Assembly: GCA_040003255.1 (NCBI GenBank)
Contig: JBDUCV010000003.1
Coordinates: 255-64,254 of the forward strand
Source: Actinomycetota bacterium
Lineage (GTDB): Bacteria; Actinomycetota; Actinomycetes; Mycobacteriales; Jatrophihabitantaceae
Length of the DNA: 64,000 nt
Direction of reading: 5' to 3'
Of the stretch, positions 40,061 through 50,454 are shown piece by piece; the stretch's first letter is position 1, and each line of letters opens with the position of its first letter. A model generated the notes under the pieces. It saw only the letters and a list, made by a program, of their open reading frames with translations, did no database searches and had not been told where the DNA came from. Both the position numbers and the translations under genes were made by a program.

Positions 40061-40887
40061 GAGGACTGCTCGGTTAGTAGTTCGGATCGCCGACCGATAA
40101 AGCGGCAGACCGGGGCTGGCAGGCTGGAACTGTGCGGGGCGTCGATAGTCGGATCGCGACGAGCGATCGCTTCCGCGAGCGCCGTGGTCTCGGCCGACGG
40201 ATCGGCGGCGAGTTGATCGCGCAACACGGTGCACAGCCGGGTATAGACCTCAGTGGCATCGCTCGCCCGTCCACAGCGAGTCAGAGCGAGCATGTAGAGG
40301 CTGCCGAGCCGTTCGCGAGTCGGGTTGGCTGCGACCAGTTCCCCGAGTTCCGCCAGTACGAGGGCGTGCCGACTCAGCGCCAGATCGGCCGCGACCCGGT
40401 CCTCGATCGCGGCCATCCGCTGTTCCAACAGCCGGAGCCGGCCCCCGACGACGGCGGCTGCATCATCCGAGCCCGCGAGCGCGTCGCCCCGCCACAGTTC
40501 CAGTGCGGCGGCAAGGATGGTGGACGACTGCGCGGGCGCATCCGACAACCGGGTGCGCGCATCGGTGATCATCGCGCTGAACTGGGCCGAATCCAGCTCC
40601 CCGTCCGCGACGTCGAGCGCGTACCCACCCGCAGACCGACGTAGTCGGGTACCGACGCCCTTGCGCAACCCCGACACGTACACCTGCAATGCGGCGACCG
40701 CGCTCGGCGGTGGCCGTCCGCCCCATAGCTCGTCAATCAACCGGTCGACCGAAACCACTCGGCCTTCAGCGAGCAACAGCAGCGCGAGCAGGGTGCGCTG
40801 CTTTGGACCCCCCAGCGGGACGGGCCGGCCGCCCACCAGGAGTTCGATGGGTCCCAAAATCCGGAACTCCACCCCGGCATCCGTCAT
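40057..40887 (-). CDS. SARP-family (AfsR/DnrI/RedD) transcriptional regulator: OmpR-type wHTH + BTAD
   Basis: FRILGPIELLVGGRPVPLGGPKQRTLLALLLL...VSVDRLIDELWG is followed by BTAD helices (ELWRGDALAG...). I chose the ATG at 40887. Confidence 0.8.
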   Translation of the reverse strand: MTDAGVEFRILGPIELLVGGRPVPLGGPKQRTLLALLLLAEGRVVSVDRLIDELWGGRPPPSAVAALQVYVSGLRKGVGTRLRRSAGGYALDVADGELDSAQFSAMITDARTRLSDAPAQSSTILAAALELWRGDALAGSDDAAAVVGGRLRLLEQRMAAIEDRVAADLALSRHALVLAELGELVAANPTRERLGSLYMLALTRCGRASDATEVYTRLCTVLRDQLAADPSAETTALAEAIARRDPTIDAPHSSSLPAPVCRFIGRRSELLTEQSS

Positions 40888-40937
40888 TACGTGTGTCCCC
40901 TCAACCGCCGTGAATCCAGCGTCCCGGCTCGGCGGTA

Positions 40938-41405
40938 TCACATCGGGGTCTCACGGTGGGGGCGCGCGTAGGCAAGGATCTGGCGCGCGATGATACCGAG
41001 GTGCGCGACCGTCTGCGGCGTCTTGGTCGGCCTGCTCGGCAGCAGTAGCGACTCGGGCACGTCAACTGGCTCGGCGTCGTGGCGAATGATCCGCAACCGC
41101 ATTCCGGTCCTGCTCCGGATCACATCGATGTCCGCCACGTCGGACCAGTCGATCGACCGCTCGGACCACAGCCGGCGCACGCCGATCCCCTCGTCGTCAA
41201 CGACTAGGTACATCCGCACGGCCAGCACGCCGGCGACCAGGGCGAGGACTCCCGCGGTAATCGTCATCAGTCGGGCGATCGCCGACGGGTGACCATAGAT
41301 GTTCCACGCCGCACAGCCCGACGCGACGAGGAACAGCGCGGCGGGCTGCCACGGCGGGATCCGCCAGACGAGCGGCTCCCGACCAGGCCGGGTCGGTTGT
41401 GCCAT
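40938..41405 (-). CDS. Membrane-anchored bacterial PH-domain protein
   Basis: Two N-terminal TM helices are followed by LVVDDEGIGVRRLWSERSIDWSDVADI, resembling bacterial PH (low-molecular-weight antigen 6-like) domains. Confidence 0.55.
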   Translation of the reverse strand: MAQPTRPGREPLVWRIPPWQPAALFLVASGCAAWNIYGHPSAIARLMTITAGVLALVAGVLAVRMYLVVDDEGIGVRRLWSERSIDWSDVADIDVIRSRTGMRLRIIRHDAEPVDVPESLLLPSRPTKTPQTVAHLGIIARQILAYARPHRETPM

Positions 41406-41428
41406 CCGCCGAGGGTACTTTCGGAGGA

Positions 41429-43690
41429 CTATTCGGCGGCTAGTAGGGCGACCGGATACGTCGACAGGACTTCTGCAACCGGCACCGCCCCGGTGTACCG
41501 CCGACCAGTGAGGACGTCAATGTGGCCCGCACCAAGGGTGATCGTCGTGTCGCGCCAGCCACCGGAACGTTGTAGCCCCACCGGCAGCCGGGTCGCGACG
41601 GTTACTGCACCACCGCGGTCGAACGCGACGACGTAGTCGGCCGCCGGACCGTCCGCCCTGAGTGGCGTGTAGCCCGTGAACAGAACCGGTGCGTCGCGGC
41701 GTAGCCGTAGCGCCCGCGAGACCAGCCACAACTTCGCGGCTCCGGTGTGATCCACCGGCGGGGGAAACGAGAGTGACGACAGCAGGGCGGCGTGCTCGGC
41801 GAACGGCACCGGCCGGCGGTTGTCGGGGTCGACGAGCGCGTCTTCCCACAGCTCGGTGCCCTGGTAGACGTCGGGGACACCCGGCATCGTCAAGGCCAGC
41901 AGCTTCTGCGACAGCGAGTTCGACCAGCCGTGGGGCGTGATACGGGCAATGAAGTCTGCCAGCGGGTCATGCAGCATCGGCAAGTCATAGCCGGCATCAA
42001 CGGCGGCATGCACGGCTGATTCGAACGCCGGGTCCGGGTCGGTCCAGCTGGTGCCGTCCGAGGCCTCACGCATGGCCTTCTCGGCATACGCATGCATCCG
42101 GTCGCGCGCGATGAAGCCGACCCCGACGAAGGTCTGCCACAACAGGTAGCCGAACGCGGCGTTCGGCACCAGCGCGCCAGCCATCAAGCCGTGGACCAGC
42201 GCCGACCACTCATCTGGCAGCTCGGCGAGGACCGCCAATCGGGCCCGGACGTCCTCGCCGCGTTTGGTGTCATGGGTCGACAAGGTCGTCATGCCCAGGG
42301 GGCTGGCGACCTGCCGGGCGTGCTGAGCGGCATGGAACGCCTGCAGGTCAGCGCCGAATCGGCCAGGATCGCCGCCAACCTCGTTGAGCGCGATGAATCG
42401 CGTGTAGCGGTAGTAGGCGGTGTCCTCGACACCTTTGGCCATCACCGCCCCGGAGGTCTGCTGGAACCGCGCGCACAGCTCGTCAGGCGGATCGCCGAGG
42501 CGTGACGCGAGAGCCGCAATCGAATCGGACAGATCCGGCCGCCGGCCGCCCGCGGTCTGGATCGCCTTCGCGAGATGTTCGGCCCCGAACGGCAGATATG
42601 AGCGATAGACCGGAAAGCCGACCAACAGCTCGGTCAACGCCTCTGTTGCGCGGGCGACGTAGGGAACCAGCCGGACGAGGCGGTTGACCTCGGCCCGCAA
42701 GATCGTGCTGGCCACGAACCGCTTGCCCGCCTCGACGTGGTCGGCGAAGGAACGCCGATCGCCGGTCAGCTCGTGGTAGATCGCGTCGAAACGCCGCTCG
42801 CCGGACGGGTCCACGAGCACGGCCTGTACCTCGGCGAGCGCGTCGTACCCGGTGGTCCCAGCGACCGGCCACGGTGGCAGCGCCTCGCCGGGCTCGAGAA
42901 TCTTCTCCACCGTGAGCCACGTGTCCGGTGCGGCTTCAACCAGGCGGTCGAGGTATCGCCCCGGGTCGACCAACCCGTCCGGGTGGTCAACTCGTAGCCC
43001 GTCCACGCCGTCCGCAACGGCCCACCGCGTGATGACCTGGTGGGTGCCGGCGAAGACGTCTGGATCCTCGAGGCGCAGTCCGGCAAGGGTCGTGACGGCG
43101 AAGAAGCGCCGATAGTTCTGCTCCGCGTCGGCGTGCCGGTAGCCCACGAGGCGGTAGTGCTGCCGCTCGTGCACTTGAACCGGGTTGCCGTCCCCGGTGC
43201 CAGGCGCGATCGGAAACCGATGCTCGTAGTAGCGCAGCTCATCCCCGGCCGCCGTCAAGTCACGGGCCAGGTCGGCGTTGTCAGCGAGAACGGGCAGCAG
43301 CAGCGGTCCCTGCGTCCACTCGATGTCGAACCACGACGCGTAGCGCGACTGCCGACCCTGGCGCAGGACGTCCCACCAGGCCGGGTTCGCCGCCGCGTCG
43401 GCAACGCCGAGGTGATTTGGGACTATGTCGACCACCACACCCAGCCGCCGGGCCCGCGCTGCCCCCAGCAGCGCACGCCAGCCCGCGTCCCCTCCTCGTG
43501 CCGTGTCGATCCGGGTCGGATCGACCACGTCGTAGCCGTGCTCGGAGCCGCTCGCGGACTGCAGGAGGGGCGAGGTATAAACGGCGCCGACGCCGAGTGA
43601 GCTGAGGTACTCGGTGACCGCGGCGGCATCGGCGAGGTTGAAACCGGAGCGGATCTGCAGTCGGTAGGTCGATGACGGAACTGCCATCAA
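41429..43690 (-). CDS. treY: Malto-oligosyltrehalose synthase
   Basis: The N-terminus STYRLQIRSGFNLADAA..YL..LGV..VYTSPLL, then VVDIVPNHLG and GLRVDHPDGL, are present. The length is about 753 aa. Confidence 0.9.
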   Translation of the reverse strand: MMAVPSSTYRLQIRSGFNLADAAAVTEYLSSLGVGAVYTSPLLQSASGSEHGYDVVDPTRIDTARGGDAGWRALLGAARARRLGVVVDIVPNHLGVADAAANPAWWDVLRQGRQSRYASWFDIEWTQGPLLLPVLADNADLARDLTAAGDELRYYEHRFPIAPGTGDGNPVQVHERQHYRLVGYRHADAEQNYRRFFAVTTLAGLRLEDPDVFAGTHQVITRWAVADGVDGLRVDHPDGLVDPGRYLDRLVEAAPDTWLTVEKILEPGEALPPWPVAGTTGYDALAEVQAVLVDPSGERRFDAIYHELTGDRRSFADHVEAGKRFVASTILRAEVNRLVRLVPYVARATEALTELLVGFPVYRSYLPFGAEHLAKAIQTAGGRRPDLSDSIAALASRLGDPPDELCARFQQTSGAVMAKGVEDTAYYRYTRFIALNEVGGDPGRFGADLQAFHAAQHARQVASPLGMTTLSTHDTKRGEDVRARLAVLAELPDEWSALVHGLMAGALVPNAAFGYLLWQTFVGVGFIARDRMHAYAEKAMREASDGTSWTDPDPAFESAVHAAVDAGYDLPMLHDPLADFIARITPHGWSNSLSQKLLALTMPGVPDVYQGTELWEDALVDPDNRRPVPFAEHAALLSSLSFPPPVDHTGAAKLWLVSRALRLRRDAPVLFTGYTPLRADGPAADYVVAFDRGGAVTVATRLPVGLQRSGGWRDTTITLGAGHIDVLTGRRYTGAVPVAEVLSTYPVALLAAE

Positions 43691-45795
43691 CCGGCCCTGC
43701 GCAGAACGACGAGAGCGCGCGGCCCGACGGGCACGGAGGCGCCAGCTTCGAGCACAGTCATCGTCTCGGCGTCAGCGAGCATGGTGTCGACGACGATTTC
43801 CCAGGCCGCGCCGTAGCCAGCGTCGGGCAAGACGAAATCGAGCTCGGAGTCGTGGGCAGAGAAGCACAAGATGAACGAGTCGTCCACGACTCGATCACCT
43901 CGCGAGTCGCGGTCGGAGATCCGGTCGCCGTTGAGGAACATCGCAACTGCCCGGCCGAAGCCTGACCCCCAATCCTCCTCGGACATCTCGGTGCCGTCCG
44001 GCTGCAGCCAGGCGATGTCGGGCAATCCTTGCTTGCCACGGCGGCCCACCGGGCGGCCCTGGAAGAATCGCCGGCGGCGGAACACCGGGTGTGCGTGGCG
44101 CAACGCTGCCACCTGCCGGGTGAAGGCAAGCAGGTCGACGTCGATTTTCGTCCAGTCCACCCAGGAAATCTCGTCGTCCTGACAGAAGGCGTTGTTATTG
44201 CCGTGCTGGGTGCGGCCCAGCTCGTCACCGTGTCCGATCATCGGGACGCCCTGGCTCAGCAGCAGCGTGGCGATGAAGTTGCGCTGCTGGCGGGCCCGCA
44301 GTTCCAGTACCCCCGGGTCGTCGGTGTCGCCCTCGACGCCGCAGTTCCACGACCGGTTGTGGCTTTCACCGTCGCGATTGCCTTCGCCGTTGGCCTCGTT
44401 GTGCTTGTCGTTATAGGAGACCAGGTCGCGCAGGGTGAACCCGTCGTGCGCGGTCACGAAGTTGATGCTCGCGACAGGCCGCCGGGCGGAGTGCTCGTAC
44501 AAGTCCGACGAGCCGGTGATTCTCGACGCGAATTCGCCGAGCGTTGCGGGTTCGCCCCGCCAGAAATCTCGGACCGTGTCGCGATACTTGCCGTTCCACT
44601 CGGTCCACTGTGGCGGGAAGTTGCCTACCTGGTAGCCGCCGGGGCCGACGTCCCACGGCTCGGCGATCAGTTTCACCTGGCTGACTGTCGGGTCCTGCTG
44701 CACCAGCTCGAAGAAACTCGACAGCCGGTCGACGTCGTAGAACTCGCGAGCAAGGGCCGCGGCGAGGTCGAAGCGGAAGCCGTCGACGTGCATCTCCAAC
44801 ACCCAGTAGCGCAACGAATCCATCAGCAGCTGCAGGGAGTGCGGGTTACGGACGTTGAGCGTGTTGCCGGTACCGGTGTAGTCCATGTAATAACGCTTGT
44901 CGTCGTCGACGAGCCGGTAGTACGCGGCGTTGTCGATGCCACGGAAACACACCGTTGGGCCGAGGTGATTGCCCTCGGCCGTGTGGTTGTAGACGACGTC
45001 GAGGATGACCTCGATGTCCGCGTCGTGCAGCGCCCTCACCATCGCCTTGAACTCCTGCACCTGGCCGCCGGGGGTAGCACTCGAGCTGTATTTGCTGTCG
45101 GGGGCGAAGAAGCCGATCGTGTTGTAGCCCCAGTAGTTGGACAACCCTTTCTCGATCAGCGTTGCGTCGTTCGCGAAGTGGTGGACAGGCATCAGCTCGA
45201 TGGCTGTCACGCCGAGCGCGCGCAGGTGGTCGACCAGCACCGGATGCGAAATGCCGGCGTAGGTGCCGCGGATCTCCTCGGGGATCTCCGGATGCTGGTT
45301 GGTCAGCCCCTTGACATGCGCCTCGTAGATCACGGACTCGGCATACTGCCGCTTGGGAGGACGGTCGGTGCCCCAGTCGAAGAACGGGTTGATGACGACC
45401 GACTTTGGCATGTGCGGTGCCGAGTCATCGTCGTTGCGGCCCTGGGGATTGCCGAACGTGTAGCCGAATAGCGCCTGATTCCAGGCGAAAGTGCCGTCGA
45501 TGGCCTTGGCGTAGGGGTCGAGCAGCAGTTTCGCGGGATTGCAGCGGTGCCCCTGTTCGGGGTCATGCGGGCCATGCACCCGATATCCGTAACGCTGCCC
45601 GGGCTCGACTCCGGGCAGGAAGGCGTGCCATACATAGCCGTCCATCTCCGGCAGGACGATCTTCGTCTCGGTGCCTTCGGCGTCGAACAGGCACAGCTCG
45701 ACCATGACGGCGACCTCGCTGAACAGGGCGAAGTTGGTGCCGGAGCCGTCATAGGTGGCACCCAGGGGATAGGCGGTGCCGGGCCAGATCTGCAT
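43687..45795 (-). CDS. glgX: Glycogen debranching enzyme GlgX/TreX
   Basis: MQIWPGTAYPLGATYDGSGTNFALFS, VILDVVYNHTAEG, GFRFDLA, EPWD and VTAHDGFTL are present. The ATG at 45795 has a GAGGAG SD. The stop overlaps the treY start. Confidence 0.9.
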   Translation of the reverse strand: MQIWPGTAYPLGATYDGSGTNFALFSEVAVMVELCLFDAEGTETKIVLPEMDGYVWHAFLPGVEPGQRYGYRVHGPHDPEQGHRCNPAKLLLDPYAKAIDGTFAWNQALFGYTFGNPQGRNDDDSAPHMPKSVVINPFFDWGTDRPPKRQYAESVIYEAHVKGLTNQHPEIPEEIRGTYAGISHPVLVDHLRALGVTAIELMPVHHFANDATLIEKGLSNYWGYNTIGFFAPDSKYSSSATPGGQVQEFKAMVRALHDADIEVILDVVYNHTAEGNHLGPTVCFRGIDNAAYYRLVDDDKRYYMDYTGTGNTLNVRNPHSLQLLMDSLRYWVLEMHVDGFRFDLAAALAREFYDVDRLSSFFELVQQDPTVSQVKLIAEPWDVGPGGYQVGNFPPQWTEWNGKYRDTVRDFWRGEPATLGEFASRITGSSDLYEHSARRPVASINFVTAHDGFTLRDLVSYNDKHNEANGEGNRDGESHNRSWNCGVEGDTDDPGVLELRARQQRNFIATLLLSQGVPMIGHGDELGRTQHGNNNAFCQDDEISWVDWTKIDVDLLAFTRQVAALRHAHPVFRRRRFFQGRPVGRRGKQGLPDIAWLQPDGTEMSEEDWGSGFGRAVAMFLNGDRISDRDSRGDRVVDDSFILCFSAHDSELDFVLPDAGYGAAWEIVVDTMLADAETMTVLEAGASVPVGPRALVVLRRAG

Positions 45796-45952
45796 GGTTC
45801 TCCTCAGCGCGCGTGTGCGTCGAAGTCGAGAGGGCGCTCTTGCGAGCCTGCCAGATCGCAATAAGGGCGGTGGCGGGTAGGCTCGTCGACGGAACTGGAG
45901 GGGAGTAACCCCACTGAGCACCACGCCCTGGGCGTGGACGATCACGCTGGTT

Positions 45953-46903
45953 GTGGCGGTCGGCTTCCTCGTAGTCGACGTTTTCGTGATCGGCCGACGT
46001 CCTCATGAGCCGTCGATGCGTGAGTCCGCGTCCCATCTGGCGTTCTTCGTCGGAGCGGCGCTGCTGTTCGCCACTGGCGTGTTTCTGGTCAGCGGAGCCG
46101 ACTACGGCGCCCAGTTCCTGGGTGGCTGGCTGACCGAATACTCGCTGTCCATCGACAACCTGTTCATCTTCCTGATCATCATGAGCAAGCTGCAAGTTCC
46201 CCGCGAGCTGCAGCAGGCCGCGCTGCTCATCGGCATCGTGATGGCGTTGATATTGCGTGGCATCTTCATCGCGCTCGGCGCCGCTGCGATCAACACGTTC
46301 AGCTGGGTCTTCTATCTATTCGGGGCGTTCCTGGTCTATACCGCGGTGAAGCTGGCCCGGCACGACGAGGATGAGGAGCAGGACTACTCCGATCGACGCC
46401 TGATCCGGTGGCTGCGTGAACATATCCCGTCCACCGAGGAGTACCACGGATCGCACCTGTCGGTTCGAATTGCCGGGCGCCGCCTCGCGACGCCGATGCT
46501 GATCGTGATTGCGGCGCTCGGCACTACCGACCTGCTCTTCGCGCTCGACTCGATCCCGGCGATCTACGGCATCACCGAGGAGCCGTACCTGGTGCTCACG
46601 GCGAACCTCTTCGCGCTGATGGGCCTGCGGCAGCTCTACTTCCTGATCGGCGGGCTGCTCGAGCGGCTTGTGTATCTCAGCATCGGGCTCGCGGTGCTCC
46701 TGGGCTTCATCGGGGTCAAGCTGATCCTGCACGCGCTGCATGAGAACTCGATTCCGTTCGTCAACGGCGGTAAGCACGTGTCGTGGGCTCCGGATGTGCC
46801 GATCTGGCTCTCGCTCGTCATGATCGTCGCCATCCTGACGATCACCACCGTCGCCAGCTTGGCAAAAACGGGCCGCCGCCGCCGCGCCGATGAGATCAGT
46901 TGA
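45953..46903 (+). CDS. TerC-family integral membrane protein
   Basis: RRPHEPSMRESA...WLTEYSLSIDNLFIF...TDLLFALDSIPA are the TerC signatures. The true start is probably upstream of the GTG at 45953 (see finding). Confidence 0.85.
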   Translation: MAVGFLVVDVFVIGRRPHEPSMRESASHLAFFVGAALLFATGVFLVSGADYGAQFLGGWLTEYSLSIDNLFIFLIIMSKLQVPRELQQAALLIGIVMALILRGIFIALGAAAINTFSWVFYLFGAFLVYTAVKLARHDEDEEQDYSDRRLIRWLREHIPSTEEYHGSHLSVRIAGRRLATPMLIVIAALGTTDLLFALDSIPAIYGITEEPYLVLTANLFALMGLRQLYFLIGGLLERLVYLSIGLAVLLGFIGVKLILHALHENSIPFVNGGKHVSWAPDVPIWLSLVMIVAILTITTVASLAKTGRRRRADEIS

Positions 46904-46909
46904 TCCAGC

Positions 46910-49900
46910 TCAGCCGTGTGGCTGAGGGCGGACAAACGGGAAGGCCAGGGTTGCCCGGATGTCGGTACCGGTCAACATCATCACCAGCCGATCGACGCCG
47001 AGGCCCAGTCCACCCGTGGGCGGCATCGCGTACTCCAGCGCGGTGAGGAACGATTCGTCGAGTTGCATCGCCTCGGGGTCGCCTGCCGCGGCCTTAATCG
47101 ACTGGTCGGTGAGGCGGGCACGCTGGTCGATCGGATCCACCAGCTCGGAGTACGCGGTCGCGATCTCGGTGCCGAATGCAACCAGATCCCAACGTTCGGA
47201 CAGCAGTGGATCGCTGCGATGAGTACGCGTGAGCGGCGACGTCTCGAGCGGGAAGTCACAGTAGAACGTCGGCTCGACAGTCTGCTTCTCGACCAGCTCC
47301 TCATACAACTGGAGCACGAGCTCGCCCGCGGTGGCGTCGCCGGGCGCGTGGACATGGTGCTCTACGCACACCGCCTGGACCTCGTCGAGCGGTGTGGTCG
47401 AGGTCAGCGACGTCCCACACGCCTTGCTGACCTCGTCGTGGACACTGACTGCGTTCCAGGATCCGCCGAGGTCGACGTCGACGACGGTGCCGTCCGGCCC
47501 GGTGCGCCGCGCGACGGGTGAGCCGTTGACCGCGGTGGCCACCTCGATGATCAGCTCGCGAGTGAGCTCGCGCATGTCGGTGTAGTCGGCGTACGCCTGG
47601 TATGCCTCGACGGAGGTGAACTCGGGGTTGTGCGTGGCGTCCGCGCCTTCGTTTCGGAAGTTACGGTTCAGCTCAAAGATCTTTCCCATGCCGCCGACGC
47701 AGAGCCGCTTGAGGTAGAGCTCGGGCGCGATGCGCAGGTACAGGTCGGCGTTGTAGGCATTGATGTGGGTGCGGAACGGCCGAGCGGTCGCACCGCCGTG
47801 CACGGCCTGCAGCATCGGAGTCTCGACCTCGGTAAAGCCCCGATCAGCGAACGCGTCGCGGAGGGCCTTCACCGCGCAGCTACGGGCCTGCAGGATCGCC
47901 ATCGAATCGCCGTTCACGATCAGGTCGAGGTAACGCTGACGGACCCGGGCGTCGGGATCGGAGAAGCCCGCATGCACGTCCGGCAACGGACGCAGGCACT
48001 TGGCGGCCATCGTCCACTCGTCTACCAGGATGGACAGTTCGCCGGTTCGCGAGGTGGCCACCGGCCCGGTGACACTGACCTGATCGCCGAGATCGACGGT
48101 CTGCTTCCAGAGCAGGCGGGCGTCCTTGGCGGTGTCTGCCGTGGTCAGCATGACCTGCAGGCTGACCCCTTCGTCCGACAGCACCGCGAAGCTGACCCCA
48201 CCGAGATCGCGCAGCGCACGCACTCGGCCCGCGACCGACACCCAGTCTTCGGTGAGCATGTCGGCGGCTAGTGCGGCGTGTCGATCGAGGATCTCGGCCG
48301 CGGTGCTCGACCGCGGCACGTACACCGGGTACGCGGCCATACCCTCCGCCGACAGCCGGTCGATCTTCGTACGGCGGACCCGTTGCTGCTCACCCATCGC
48401 ATGGATCGGACGGGTGGGGCGCAGCAACCTCTGCTGCTGCTCGGCCACCGCCAGGCTGAACTCGGTCTGCTCACCGGTATCGGTCCTGACGATTTCGGGA
48501 CCGTGCCGCCGCGAAACCGGCTTCGGGGCGGGGATGAAACCCTCGGCCATGCCGGACGCGATCGCCGCCCTCGTCAGGGTCAGCGAGGAGTCGTAACACA
48601 TGAAGCGCGGCACCCAGCTGGGCAGGTACTTTGCGTTTGACCGGTACAGGGTCTCCAGCTGCCAGAACCGTGACGCCATCGACAACACGGCCTCGGTGAG
48701 ACGCAGCACCGGACCAGCGCCGACCCGTTCCGCCGCGCTGAACACCGAGCGGAACATCGCGAAGTTCAGCGAGATGCGCCGGACCCCGAGATCGGCGGCG
48801 GCCTCGACCAGACCGGCCACCATGAACTCGGTGAGCCCGTTCTCGGCGGCGCGGTCACGCCTCATCAAGTCGAGGGACAGACCTCGTGCCCCCCACGGGA
48901 CGAAGGAAAGCAGCCCGCGCACGGTCCCCTCCGCGTCGTGGGCGGTGACCATGACGCATCGCGAGTCGGCCGGGTCGCCGAGCCGGCTCAGCGCCATCGA
49001 GAAACCACGCTCGGTCTCGTCGCCGCGCCACGCTTCGGCGAGCCGGGCCAGATCGGTCAGTTCGCCAGCTGCGAGATCGCCGTGGCGGCAGGCCTGCACG
49101 GTGTAGCCAGCCCGCCGAATGCGCGTTACCGCTTGACGGACGGGCCGCATGGTGCGCCCTTCCAAGGTGAAGGAGTCGACGTCGATGATCGCTTCGTCAC
49201 CGATAGCGAGGGCCTTGAGACCAGCGCTGACGTAGGCACTCGCGCCCTGTTCGCTTGCCGAGAGCACCGCGGGAAACCACCCGTGTCCGCGGGCCTCGGC
49301 GAGCCATGCTTCGATGGCTGCGGGCCACGATCCGACGTGACCGATCGGATCCGCGCTGACCAGGCTCACGGAGGCGACGACTCGATAGGTGAGGGCGGCC
49401 CGCCCGTCGGGAGAGAAGGTCACCGACTTGTCGCGACGGGTGGCGAAGTAGGCCAGTGAGTCGCGCTCGCCGCCTTCGAGAATCAGCCTGCGGACGTTGA
49501 GTTCGTCCTGCGCCGCCAAGTATTGCTTTGCCCGCGCGGAGCGCAGGAAAACTCCGGCGGCGGCGAGCAGTGCTGCAGCCGACATCAGCCCCGCCAGTGA
49601 TGCGATCCAGTGATGACCGTGATGGCCGTGAAATCCCGGAGTTGTGGCGTTCGTCGAGATGCCGAAGGCCGACCGGATGGCCCACCCCACCCGCTCAGCG
49701 GTGGAGGACAGCTTGTTCGGGAACGCCTCGGTCAGACCGAACGTGACGACGACTGAAGCCGCCAGGCCGGCTATCAACACAGCCAGGGACGAGATGCGCG
49801 CGCCTTGGGCGAGCCGGGCCGGGAATGCGGATCGGACCAGCCAGACCAGGACCACCAGCCCGCAGCCGAGCCCGGCGAGCAGGCCGACCATCACCGCTTC

Positions 49901-50329
49901 ACTGCGGGTGAGGTCCAGGTTGTCGGTAGGGATCTGGTTCCAGTTTGCGAGGGCGAGTCCAAGCACGACGAACTCGAGGACCACGTTGACCAGCTGGAAG
50001 ATCAGCACCGCCCACAGGGCTGCCCGCAGGCGACGGCGCAGCGCGCTGCCCGTTATGAACATCAGCACGACCACGAACAGACTCGAGCCCGCCGGGACGT
50101 TGAACCAGCCGAATGCGTCGTCGACCAAGTCGGCCCAGCGGTGGCCCCGGAATGGGATGCTGACGAGCGACCAGACGGCGGCGACCGTGACGATGCGGCC
50201 GATCCACGCGGCGACCTGCTCCCGCCAGCCAGCCGGTTGGCCGGAAAGTCGGCCCGGCCGGCCAATGTAAGCGGACGACTGAGGTGCGCCGTCGTAAGCG
50301 GCGCCGCGCCTGATCGAAGCGAGGAACAT
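46910..50329 (-). CDS. lysX: Bifunctional lysylphosphatidylglycerol synthetase / lysine-tRNA ligase
   Basis: An N-terminal multi-TM MprF-like domain is fused to a class II LysRS ([33 protein letters not shown]). The length is 1139 aa. Confidence 0.9.
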   Translation of the reverse strand: MFLASIRRGAAYDGAPQSSAYIGRPGRLSGQPAGWREQVAAWIGRIVTVAAVWSLVSIPFRGHRWADLVDDAFGWFNVPAGSSLFVVVLMFITGSALRRRLRAALWAVLIFQLVNVVLEFVVLGLALANWNQIPTDNLDLTRSEAVMVGLLAGLGCGLVVLVWLVRSAFPARLAQGARISSLAVLIAGLAASVVVTFGLTEAFPNKLSSTAERVGWAIRSAFGISTNATTPGFHGHHGHHWIASLAGLMSAAALLAAAGVFLRSARAKQYLAAQDELNVRRLILEGGERDSLAYFATRRDKSVTFSPDGRAALTYRVVASVSLVSADPIGHVGSWPAAIEAWLAEARGHGWFPAVLSASEQGASAYVSAGLKALAIGDEAIIDVDSFTLEGRTMRPVRQAVTRIRRAGYTVQACRHGDLAAGELTDLARLAEAWRGDETERGFSMALSRLGDPADSRCVMVTAHDAEGTVRGLLSFVPWGARGLSLDLMRRDRAAENGLTEFMVAGLVEAAADLGVRRISLNFAMFRSVFSAAERVGAGPVLRLTEAVLSMASRFWQLETLYRSNAKYLPSWVPRFMCYDSSLTLTRAAIASGMAEGFIPAPKPVSRRHGPEIVRTDTGEQTEFSLAVAEQQQRLLRPTRPIHAMGEQQRVRRTKIDRLSAEGMAAYPVYVPRSSTAAEILDRHAALAADMLTEDWVSVAGRVRALRDLGGVSFAVLSDEGVSLQVMLTTADTAKDARLLWKQTVDLGDQVSVTGPVATSRTGELSILVDEWTMAAKCLRPLPDVHAGFSDPDARVRQRYLDLIVNGDSMAILQARSCAVKALRDAFADRGFTEVETPMLQAVHGGATARPFRTHINAYNADLYLRIAPELYLKRLCVGGMGKIFELNRNFRNEGADATHNPEFTSVEAYQAYADYTDMRELTRELIIEVATAVNGSPVARRTGPDGTVVDVDLGGSWNAVSVHDEVSKACGTSLTSTTPLDEVQAVCVEHHVHAPGDATAGELVLQLYEELVEKQTVEPTFYCDFPLETSPLTRTHRSDPLLSERWDLVAFGTEIATAYSELVDPIDQRARLTDQSIKAAAGDPEAMQLDESFLTALEYAMPPTGGLGLGVDRLVMMLTGTDIRATLAFPFVRPQPHG

Positions 50330-50426
50330 CGTCGTCCGCCCTCCTCTCTAATCCGACCAGGACGAATCGTCTCACTCCATGGCCGGCCGCGTGCTCTGCG
50401 CCGTACTGGCAACGATCTGGACGGAA

Positions 50427-50448
50427 TGTCGGTGCCGCCTCGTACCGT
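50427..50448 (+). promoter_or_regulatory. RecA-NDp / PafBC-type DNA-damage promoter motif upstream of uvrB
   Basis: TGTCGGTG-(8 nt)-TACCGT fits the published actinobacterial motif tTGTCRgtg-N8-TAnnnT. The -10 element ends 6 nt before the uvrB ATG. Confidence 0.45.
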
Positions 50449-50454
50449 GGAGCC

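Noticed and set aside
45900-45907. GGGGAGTA upstream of terC, matching the most conserved 5' segment of the yybP-ykoY (Mn2+) riboswitch that often controls TerC genes
   Set aside because: It lies only 0-10 nt from the likely start and more plausibly serves as the SD. The conserved 3' half (…GCAAGACC-like) and the four-helix layout are not found downstream or upstream. A cmscan with RF00080 would settle it.
50330-50454. LexA/SOS box (GAAC-N4-GTTC) upstream of uvrB. I also looked upstream of ligC (31023-31095) and the primase-polymerase gene (24098-24139).
   Set aside because: No match to the actinobacterial SOS box was found by eye in any of the three regions. Only the RecA-NDp-type motif is present, and only at uvrB.
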